From Acidimicrobiia bacterium (GTDB taxonomy: Bacteria; Actinomycetota; Acidimicrobiia; IMCC26256; PALSA-555), in NCBI GenBank assembly GCA_040902705.1, contig JBBDWT010000201.1:5488-41194 (forward strand): a stretch of 35,707 nt of DNA, read 5' to 3'. The notes under the pieces were generated by a model. The model made no database searches. It was not told the origin of the DNA and saw only the letters and a list, made by a program, of their open reading frames with translations. This document shows positions 27,117-34,719 of the stretch, in pieces. A program made the translations under genes and the position numbers. Each line of letters begins with the position of its first letter. Within the stretch, counting starts at the first letter, position 1.

Positions 27117-27964
27117 ACTTCCTCCGCGAGGCGTCGCTGGTGCCGGTCGAAGAACCAGTATCCGAACACGAGGACGCCGACGGCCCATGCCACGAGGTAC
27201 AGCATCGTGTCGAGCGGCGGGAACCGCAGGTCGTAGAGCACGTCACGGTACGCCTGCACGAGCTGCACGAGCGGGTTGAGCCGATAGATCGTTCCGAGCG
27301 GGATCTCCATCCCGAGGAAGTCCGCGGTGTCGGGGACGACCGAGATCGGGTACACGATCGGCGTCGAGTAGAAGAGCGCCTGCATCGCGATGGCGATGAA
27401 GTGCTTGACGTCTCGGAAGTACACGTTGGCGACGCTCAGCAGCAGGCTGATGCCGAAGATGAACAGCGTCTCGATCGCGATCATCACGAGCACCATCGGG
27501 ATCCACGGGATGACGAAGTTCCCGGCGATCAGCAGGACCACCAGCACAACCGACATCTCGATGAACATCGACACGAGCAGGGATCCGACAACGGCCATCA
27601 CGAGGATGTCGCGCGGGAAGTACACCTTCTTGATGAGCCCGGCGTTCCCCACGAGCGCTTCGAGGGAGCTCTGCACGCTGTTGGAGAAGAACGTCCATGG
27701 GATGAGCGCGCACAACAAGTAGATCACGAAGTTCTGGAGCCCCGACGGATCACCGCGCGGAGGCTCGATCTGGAGGAAGAACCCGAAGACGAGCCAGTAG
27801 ATCGCCACCATGGCCAGCGGGTTCAGCAACGACCACGTCCAGCCGAGCGCCGACTTCTTGTATCGGCCGCGGAGCTCCCGCAGCGTCAGGTTGATCACGA
27901 GGTCGCGGCGTTCGATCGCATCCGCGAAGCGGCGGACGACGCGCGGGCGTCCGAGCTGCATCAC
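27113..27964 (-). CDS. wzm: polysaccharide ABC exporter permease (second copy)
   Basis: Motifs RELRGRYKKSALGWTWSLLNP, LIKKVYFPR, YFRDV, FYSTPIVY, LAEEV. Start GTG 27964 or ATG 27961. Confidence 0.92.
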   Translation of the reverse strand: MMQLGRPRVVRRFADAIERRDLVINLTLRELRGRYKKSALGWTWSLLNPLAMVAIYWLVFGFFLQIEPPRGDPSGLQNFVIYLLCALIPWTFFSNSVQSSLEALVGNAGLIKKVYFPRDILVMAVVGSLLVSMFIEMSVVLVVLLIAGNFVIPWIPMVLVMIAIETLFIFGISLLLSVANVYFRDVKHFIAIAMQALFYSTPIVYPISVVPDTADFLGMEIPLGTIYRLNPLVQLVQAYRDVLYDLRFPPLDTMLYLVAWAVGVLVFGYWFFDRHQRRLAEEV

Positions 27965-29142
27965 CAGGGGAGCTCGCTCGCCGCGCCGCGAATGGCAAGC
28001 ATCGTGTGCGTGTGATCCGGCGCCGGCTGGCGCGCGACGAGCCGGAGCGTGTCGAAGAAGTCGGAGGACGACTGGTCCCAGTCGGGCCACGCGCGCGCCG
28101 TGCGCAATGCACCGTGGCGGAGATCCCGGACCAGGTCGGAACGATCTCGCAACGTCCGCACCGCTTCGATCACCGCGCCCCGGTCGTACATCGGTACGAC
28201 GAGACCGTTCACCCCGTCGCGCACGAACTCGTCCGAACCGGTGACGTCGTACGTGACGACCGTGCCGCCGCAGTGGAACATCTCGAGCGGCGGTCCGTAC
28301 ATGCCTTCGACGTGGCTCAGCTTCAAGAGGACGGGGCACGACCGGTAGATGGCGGGGGTCTGCTCGATCGGGACCCGGGAGAACACGCGGTCCACCCCCC
28401 GGAGCTCGGTCAGGTCGCTCGACGTGAGCAGCCAGATCTCGTCTGCACCCCCGGAGCGCGCGAGCTCGACGGCGTCCTCCACGTTCTTCATCGGCACCTC
28501 GATCGGGCCTTCGATCAGCACCCGGAGGCGGATCCCGCTCTCGGGGGCGACGGTCGGTCCGACCGGGGTGTACACGTCCTTGCGAATCCCGTTGTGGACG
28601 AGGAACGACGGGCGTCGATGCTCGAAGGCGAGGTACGCCTGGATCCACCGGGCGATGGTGATGACCGGGAGATCGAACGTGTACGTGAGGGCCGCGAGCG
28701 GCGGTGCCCAGGAGTCCGTCGTGCCACCGTAGAAGCGCGACTCGACCGACTGCACGAAGTAGACCGCGTGCCGACAGCGCAGGCGGGGCAGCTCGTACAC
28801 GGTGCGCCACATCGTCGCGACGACGACGTCGAACTCGCGATCCTCGGCGTCCGCCAGCGAGAGCAGCGGTAGCTCCTGGAGCGCCTCGTGCCACGTGCCG
28901 TACTCGGGCTGATGCTCGAACATGTGCACGATCGTCACGTCGGCACCCTGGCGCTTCGCGTACAGGGCGTGCTGGAGGATGACGTACGTCCCGCCGCTGA
29001 TATCGGTCGAACCGATCAGGAACGCGATCGACAATGGTCCGTCGGCACCGCGCGAGGGCGCCGCGAACCTCGAGAAGTACTCGTGGAGGAACGGGTCGCC
29101 CGCCGATCTGCCCACGCGCGTCCGTTCCTCTCGCCCGGGCAT
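27961..29142 (-). CDS. GT4-family (GT-B) glycosyltransferase
   Basis: ATG 29142 (TGATG overlap). Motifs ISGG..VI.QHA, VVATMWRT, YFVQSVE, KN, EGMYGPPLEMFHCG. Confidence 0.85.
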   Translation of the reverse strand: MPGREERTRVGRSAGDPFLHEYFSRFAAPSRGADGPLSIAFLIGSTDISGGTYVILQHALYAKRQGADVTIVHMFEHQPEYGTWHEALQELPLLSLADAEDREFDVVVATMWRTVYELPRLRCRHAVYFVQSVESRFYGGTTDSWAPPLAALTYTFDLPVITIARWIQAYLAFEHRRPSFLVHNGIRKDVYTPVGPTVAPESGIRLRVLIEGPIEVPMKNVEDAVELARSGGADEIWLLTSSDLTELRGVDRVFSRVPIEQTPAIYRSCPVLLKLSHVEGMYGPPLEMFHCGGTVVTYDVTGSDEFVRDGVNGLVVPMYDRGAVIEAVRTLRDRSDLVRDLRHGALRTARAWPDWDQSSSDFFDTLRLVARQPAPDHTHTMLAIRGAASELPW

Positions 29143-32100
29143 CAGTGCAGCTCCTTCCACATCTCGCGCAGGATCTCGAGCGCTCGCGCGGGGAGCCAGG
29201 CACGGTAGCCCGGCACCCACTGGCTCCTCCGCGCCTCCTCGCTCACGACCTCGGTTGCCCCGACACGGGAGAGGAGCGAGCGCTGGGGCTGCTCCTTGGC
29301 GAACGGCGACACGTTCATCGCGCCGAACGTGTCGTCGTGCGACGATCCGAACCAGATGTCGGCGACGCCACCCGGTGGTCGACCGTAGTAGTCGATCACG
29401 GTCTCGTTGAGCTCGCGCCGCAGCATGCTCGTGGTCAGCCCGTTCTCCACGAGCCAGTCCGCGACGCGTGGTGCCGCGGCAAGCACCCCGGCCTGGAACG
29501 AACGGATCTCCGACGACGCGCGCGGCCCCTCGTGCTCGTGCACGGGCATCGACCGCCCATCGGCACGAATCGCGTAGTCCACGACGGAGGGCACGTCGGG
29601 CGTCAGCGGAGCCTCGATCGCGGCCGGCGGACTCACGAGGGTGAACGGCTCGCCCGCGTTCCCGTCGAAGGCGACGGCGTGCTTCGTGACGTTCGCGAGC
29701 TGCTCGTTGAGGAAGGGGAAGAGTCCGAGATACACGCCGACGAGACGGCGTTCCGGGAGCAGGCGAGCCAGGTTGTCCTGGATGGTCCCGCGCCATCCGA
29801 CGTCGACCATGACCAGCTCTCGCTCGGAGTCGTCGATCTGCTGATGGAGGTATGCCTCGAAGGCGCGCCGCCGGTCGTCGAGCTTCGCCTCGACCCGCGC
29901 TCGTACCTCGGGCAGCTCGAGCAACGCGAGCGCTCGTTCGTCGTCCGCGATCGACGGAACGACCTCGTCGAGCGAGAGGCCGACCGCGAGCACCTCCTCG
30001 GCGAACCCGTCCGCACCGACGCCGATCGACTCGAACAGCGCCCTCGGAGACTGGTCCGCGTACTGCGACCACATCCGCGACAGCTCCTGCGGCTGCAGCG
30101 ACGACAACGAGACGCCGAAGGTCGACCGTCGGCTGACGTCGAGATGGCGCCCGACAGGGGGCGTCATCGATCCGGCGAGCCGCGGCGCCACCAGGTCGTG
30201 CACCTGCCGGAGGAACGCGCCCTCGCGACTGAGGTAGTACACGCTCCGCAGCCCGCGCCCCAGTGCCTCTTCGACTGCGGCCGCGACCAGGGCGACGGGA
30301 AGCAGCGCCGTGAGCACACCGGCGTGCGCGGCGCGGCGCTCGGTCTCGCCGCGCCCCGCGTCGGAGACGAGCACATCCACGACGCGGAGGAGATCGTCGT
30401 GCTGCGCGGCGACGAGCGCGCCGAGGTGCTCGGGAGTGAGCTCTCCGGGACCGGGCAGCGGTGAGGGCGAGATCCGCACCAGCGCCGCGAGTCCCCCGCC
30501 CGCGACCTGGCGCTCGCCGTCGGACCAGGGGTTGTCGCCGATGTGAAGGTGTCGTTCCGGCGCGACGCCGAACCGCGACCGCACGAGCTCGAAGAGCTCT
30601 CCGTCGACCCGTTTCGAGGCCGACACATCGCACGAACAGAGCACCTCGATGTCGTCGAGGACGACACCGCACGACTCGAGCACCGCACTGAGGTCGTTGG
30701 CGGACAGGTAGAAGTCGGAGAGGACCGCGAGCTTCGGTGGCGTCGGACGATCGCGCAGCGCTTCGAGCACAGCGACGACGTCGTCGATCCGCTCGGTGCA
30801 GCGGCACTCCTCCTCGGCTTCTTCACGCGCGAGCTCCGCCGCGATCGGCCGCGCCTTGCGCGCGCTGAGCCCGAGCACCTCGCTGAGATGACGGCTGAGC
30901 ACGTCGTCGAGGCGGTACTCCTCGTGCGCGCTGCTGGCAGCGATGGCGGCTTCCGCCGCGACGCGCCCGCGGAACAGGTCCCAGGGAGTCGTCCCCTCGG
31001 GCAGGTCGCGGTGATGACGTAGGAAGATCCGGCGGGCCGTGGCGAGCTTGGGCGCGTCGGCCGGCCTGGTCCGCACCACCAGCGTGTCCCACAGGTCGAA
31101 GGTCACGAGCTCGACGTCGGCTCGCGCGAGCGCATCCAGCGTGACCAGACGCGCCGGCTGGTCCGGCGTGAGGAGCTCGCACTCGACGATCGTGCGCTGC
31201 GCGCTCGGCGGGAGCGCTCCGGCCGAGGTTGCCCGCCGGCGTTGCTCGGGGTTCGCGTAGAACCCGGTCGCATATCCGACCGTCCAGTAGTGCTCGAGCG
31301 GGCTCCTGCCCGTGGCCCGGACCTCGGGGTGGCGATCGAGGTACCAGCGCGTGCGCAGGAGCGGCGACGGATCATGGCCGACGACCCACCCCTGCTCCAG
31401 GTGGTGCTCGAGCGGGTTCCGACCCAACGCGGCGACATCGCGGTAGCGCCGGAGGTACCAATCGGTCCAGAACAGCGCTGAGGGGTCTCGACCTTCTGTC
31501 CAGCCGCTGCTGCGGTAGTGCTCCAACGGGTCGACGCGTGCGGCCGCGACATCGGGGTACCGGTCGAGGTAGTACTCGGCGTCGAACACGCTGGCGAGGC
31601 GCTCGTCGAGGTCGGCTGCTCCACCGATCGTGATCCTCAGGTTCGTGCCGAGATGTCGATTCGTCACCCGGACCGCTCGCCGAGCCCCCCGCAGCAGCTT
31701 GCGAAGGATGCGGCGCGTCATCGTGACCGGCACGATCGGAGGTGCCGCGGCAACATCGCCGCCTTCGTCTCCGGTTGCCACGCGCCCGGCGTGCTCGAGC
31801 TCGCGCCGGGTGATCTCGACTTCGGAGCGGAGCACGTCGATCTCGCGCTCGTGGTCCGCGATGGTCGAGTCGCGCGCTTCGAGCGCCGCCGTGTGCTCTC
31901 GGAGCTGGAGCTCGTCGAGCGCGGCTCGGGCACGCACCTCGTAGTACGACTTCCAGCGCGCGAGCTCGTCGCCGACGAGCACGTCGAGACGCTCGGTGCC
32001 CTTGGGCAACAGCAGCCCGAGACCGAAGGAGTGCTCGAACGCCAACGACGGGTTCGTCGAGCTGACCTCGCCCCACAGCTGCGCGGAACCCGTGCGCGTC

Positions 32101-32600
32101 CAGGATGCGACCCCGTGGAGCAGCACGACCCCGTTCGGCGCGAGCTTCGGGAGCCAGGCCTCGAACGTGTCCTTCAGCTCGTCGAACGACTCGACGATGC
32201 CGAGCACCAGCAGATCGACGGACTCGTCGTCGACCGCGACGAGTGCGTCGTGCGCGAGCCCCCGGTGGAGGTGGACGTCGAGCCCCGGGAACACGGACGC
32301 GCGGATCCGCTCGACGACCTCGACCCCGCCGTCCGCGCCGGTCGACGAGAGCTCCCAGCTGTCGACCGCGTGCAGGGTCGCTGTCCGGCCGCGGTCACGT
32401 ACCGCCTGGCAGCACGCGAAGAGCACTGCGCCGGAGCGGGCGCCGAGCTCGACGACGACGTCCGGCCCGCCCCATGCGACGAGGTCGTAGACGAAGTTGC
32501 GATGCCCGGACCACGGGCCGACCGCGTGGGTCGGGTCGAGGTCGTCGGAAGCGAACCGCGGCGTGGAGAGGACCCACGGATGTTCGCTGGTGCTCCACAT
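29142..32600 (-). CDS. multidomain protein: pseudo-methyltransferase + coiled coil + 3 repeats + HAD phosphatase + glycan phosphoribosyltransferase (putative ribofuranosyltransferase, GT136-type)
   Basis: HAD motifs FDLWDTL, LSDFY, SK, HIGDN..SD; then YLSREG, VSRRS and VDVGWRGTIQ. The N-terminus aligns with 26178..27116. Confidence 0.8.
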   Translation of the reverse strand: MWSTSEHPWVLSTPRFASDDLDPTHAVGPWSGHRNFVYDLVAWGGPDVVVELGARSGAVLFACCQAVRDRGRTATLHAVDSWELSSTGADGGVEVVERIRASVFPGLDVHLHRGLAHDALVAVDDESVDLLVLGIVESFDELKDTFEAWLPKLAPNGVVLLHGVASWTRTGSAQLWGEVSSTNPSLAFEHSFGLGLLLPKGTERLDVLVGDELARWKSYYEVRARAALDELQLREHTAALEARDSTIADHEREIDVLRSEVEITRRELEHAGRVATGDEGGDVAAAPPIVPVTMTRRILRKLLRGARRAVRVTNRHLGTNLRITIGGAADLDERLASVFDAEYYLDRYPDVAAARVDPLEHYRSSGWTEGRDPSALFWTDWYLRRYRDVAALGRNPLEHHLEQGWVVGHDPSPLLRTRWYLDRHPEVRATGRSPLEHYWTVGYATGFYANPEQRRRATSAGALPPSAQRTIVECELLTPDQPARLVTLDALARADVELVTFDLWDTLVVRTRPADAPKLATARRIFLRHHRDLPEGTTPWDLFRGRVAAEAAIAASSAHEEYRLDDVLSRHLSEVLGLSARKARPIAAELAREEAEEECRCTERIDDVVAVLEALRDRPTPPKLAVLSDFYLSANDLSAVLESCGVVLDDIEVLCSCDVSASKRVDGELFELVRSRFGVAPERHLHIGDNPWSDGERQVAGGGLAALVRISPSPLPGPGELTPEHLGALVAAQHDDLLRVVDVLVSDAGRGETERRAAHAGVLTALLPVALVAAAVEEALGRGLRSVYYLSREGAFLRQVHDLVAPRLAGSMTPPVGRHLDVSRRSTFGVSLSSLQPQELSRMWSQYADQSPRALFESIGVGADGFAEEVLAVGLSLDEVVPSIADDERALALLELPEVRARVEAKLDDRRRAFEAYLHQQIDDSERELVMVDVGWRGTIQDNLARLLPERRLVGVYLGLFPFLNEQLANVTKHAVAFDGNAGEPFTLVSPPAAIEAPLTPDVPSVVDYAIRADGRSMPVHEHEGPRASSEIRSFQAGVLAAAPRVADWLVENGLTTSMLRRELNETVIDYYGRPPGGVADIWFGSSHDDTFGAMNVSPFAKEQPQRSLLSRVGATEVVSEEARRSQWVPGYRAWLPARALEILREMWKELH
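31248..31589 (-). repeat. three tandem 38-aa intragenic repeats (F...[YW]YL..YPDV......PLEHY...GW..G..P)
   Basis: VFDAEYYLDRYPDVAAARVDPLEHYRSSGWTEGRDPSA / LFWTDWYLRRYRDVAALGRNPLEHHLEQGWVVGHDPSP / LLRTRWYLDRHPEVRATGRSPLEHYWTVGYATGFYANP. Confidence 0.9.
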
Positions 32601-32603
32601 GTC

Positions 32604-32750
32604 TCAGGCCAGCAGCTCGGGCTGCTCCGTGGGGGACGCGCTCCGGTGCCCTCGAAGTGGGACCAGCTCGACTCTCAGCGCTCGCTGAGCGAGGTGCCAC
32701 CCGTTGCTGCAATGGTCCCAGACGTCCTTGACCGGCGTGAGCACTCGCAT
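32604..32750 (-). pseudogene. wzm 5' relic / 48-aa small ORF
   Basis: MRVLTPVKDVWDHCSNGWHLAQRALRVE... aligns without gaps to the wzm start VLAPVTEVWNHRSIVMNLTQRELKAK; 56/78 nt identical by hand count. Confidence 0.7.
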
Positions 32751-32847
32751 GATCCGTTCTGGCGGCGCGCCGAGGAACCGCGCGGCCTGAGGGGCTCCTA
32801 GATTACCGCGGTCCTCGGTGGCGCTCGTGTCGAGCTGGGCTCGGAGG

Positions 32848-33612
32848 TCACGCGAGCAGCGCGCGTGCGAGCAGATCCGTGCCGAAACCGGTGAGGATCG
32901 CGAGGTACAGCAGGCCCGTGGCCGACATCACGGCCGAATAGGCACGCTCCCGGAGCGCCCGCTGCGCGACGAACAGCAGCACGATCGTCGTGGCGGCGCT
33001 GACCACCCACGTCCAGCCGAGGAGTCCCGCGTAGCCGTCGTCGACCGATCCGTCGAGCACCGAGACCATGCCGGGAGGCACGAGCAGCAGCGCGACCTCG
33101 ACCGGCCACGAGAGCGCGGACAGGCGCACCATCTCGCGCAACGGCGCACGCGACAGGCCGGGCTGCACGAGGTACCAATGGCCGAGGAGCATCGCGTCGG
33201 TGATGAACCCGAGGAACACCGCGCCCACGACGAGCCTGCCGGCCGAGAGCGCGTAGCTCCCGCCCACGGCGTCGGCGGCCCCGAAGAGCGCGACGAACCC
33301 GGCGACCGGCGCGACGAGGTCGATCCAGACCGGGATCCGGTCCGGATCGCGGCGGCGGACGACGGACACGAGGAGCGCCAGCAACGCCGCGACCACGAGC
33401 ACGATCGCGCCGGCATCGCGAAGCGTCGCGCCGGCGCCGTGGTCGGCATCCGCGATGCCCACCGCGATCGCGGCGATCGCGAGCCCGGCGAACACGCTGC
33501 GCAGCAGCCACCCGTACCCGACTCCGAGCAGGCGGTGGCGGCTGGTCACCCAGAGACCGAGCAGGCCACCGGTCGCCCATTGGAGCAAGACGCTCGCCAG
33601 GTCGAGTCGCAT
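32848..33612 (-). CDS. conserved-looking multi-pass membrane protein, function unknown
   Basis: About 8 hydrophobic segments; motifs LLQWATGG, DAMLLGHWYLVQPGL, YSAVMSATGLLY; strong G/C third-position bias. Confidence 0.8.
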   Translation of the reverse strand: MRLDLASVLLQWATGGLLGLWVTSRHRLLGVGYGWLLRSVFAGLAIAAIAVGIADADHGAGATLRDAGAIVLVVAALLALLVSVVRRRDPDRIPVWIDLVAPVAGFVALFGAADAVGGSYALSAGRLVVGAVFLGFITDAMLLGHWYLVQPGLSRAPLREMVRLSALSWPVEVALLLVPPGMVSVLDGSVDDGYAGLLGWTWVVSAATTIVLLFVAQRALRERAYSAVMSATGLLYLAILTGFGTDLLARALLA

Positions 33613-33630
33613 CAGCGTGAGTGAGCCGGG

Positions 33631-34719
33631 CTACGCGACGACGGCGAGGTCGCGCGGCGCGTCGTTGAGTCGGACGGGACCGTCGGTGCTCGCGACGACG
33701 ATGTCCTCGAGCCGCAGCCCGAAGCGGCCGGGCACGTACACGCCCGGCTCGATGCTGAACGCGTGGCCCGGCACGAGCGCGGTCGTGTTGCCCTCGACGA
33801 CGTACGGGTCTTCGTGCGCGTCCATGCCGATGCCGTGACCGGTGCGGTGGACGAACCGATCGGCCAGGCCGGCGTCGGCCAGCACGTCGCGCGCGGCCGC
33901 GTCGACGGTCTCGCAGGTCGTCCCAACAGTCGCGGCCACGACCGCGGCCTCCTGCGCGATCACGAGCGCGGTGTACGCGTCGCGCACCTCGGCGGCCGGC
34001 TCGCCCGCGACGTACATGCGGGTGATGTCGGAGCAGTAGCCATCCATGGTGCCCCCGAAGTCGCACAGCACGACATCTCCGGGTTCGATCACACGCGATC
34101 CCGGGTCGTGGTGCGGGCTGGCCGCGTTCGGGCCGCTGGCGACGATGGCGAAGTTCACGCGCTCGTGCCCGGCATCGAGGATCCGTTCGACGATCTCGCG
34201 GTGCACGTCGTGCTCCGTGCGACCCACGAACGGGCGGCCGCGCATGTCCGCCGCGATCCCGTCGACTGCATGGGCGGCCGCGCGGAGCCGGTCGACCTCT
34301 TCGGGATCCTTCACCGCTCGCAGCGGCCCGGTCACGTCGCTCGCGGGGACGAAGCGCGCACCGGGCAGCGCCTCCTGCAACGAGAGCACGAACCGAGCCC
34401 ACGTCTGGTCGCCGATCGCGACCGTGGTGGCGCCGTCGAGGTGCGTCGCCACGCGCGCGATCGGGTCCTCGGTCTCCTCCCACGGCTCGACGGAGAAGAT
34501 GCCGACCGCGTCGTCGACGCGTGGTACCTCGAGTCGAGGCACGACGAGCGCAGCGTCGTCGCCCTCGCGGCGGACCACGAGCATCGTCAGCCGCTCGAGC
34601 GGCATGGCCGCGTAGCCCGTGAGGTACGGGAGGTCGGGCCCCACCGAGCAGCACAGCGCGTCGACGCCGAGCTCACCCATGCGCTCGCGCACCCGCGCGA
34701 GCCGCGCCGCGTGGTTCAC
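33631..34719 (-). CDS. M24-family Xaa-Pro dipeptidase/aminopeptidase P
   Basis: Motifs YLTGY, RAVKD.EE, GPNAASPH, DFGG...GYCSDITR, HRTGHGIG..HE, SIEPG.Y, RLED. GTG 34719 overlaps the lipA stop. Confidence 0.92.
   Translation of the reverse strand: MNHAARLARVRERMGELGVDALCCSVGPDLPYLTGYAAMPLERLTMLVVRREGDDAALVVPRLEVPRVDDAVGIFSVEPWEETEDPIARVATHLDGATTVAIGDQTWARFVLSLQEALPGARFVPASDVTGPLRAVKDPEEVDRLRAAAHAVDGIAADMRGRPFVGRTEHDVHREIVERILDAGHERVNFAIVASGPNAASPHHDPGSRVIEPGDVVLCDFGGTMDGYCSDITRMYVAGEPAAEVRDAYTALVIAQEAAVVAATVGTTCETVDAAARDVLADAGLADRFVHRTGHGIGMDAHEDPYVVEGNTTALVPGHAFSIEPGVYVPGRFGLRLEDIVVASTDGPVRLNDAPRDLAVVA

Noticed and set aside
27965-30807. Long N-terminal extensions of ORFs 27113..29203 and 27961..30807 suggesting fusions or frameshifts
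   Set aside because: The extensions overlap real genes in other frames; true starts sit at stop/start overlaps (27964/27961 and 29142).
32672-32690. Hairpin ctcagcg-ct-cgctgag as a terminator
   Set aside because: The loop is only 2 nt, there is no U-tract, and it lies within the wzm relic.
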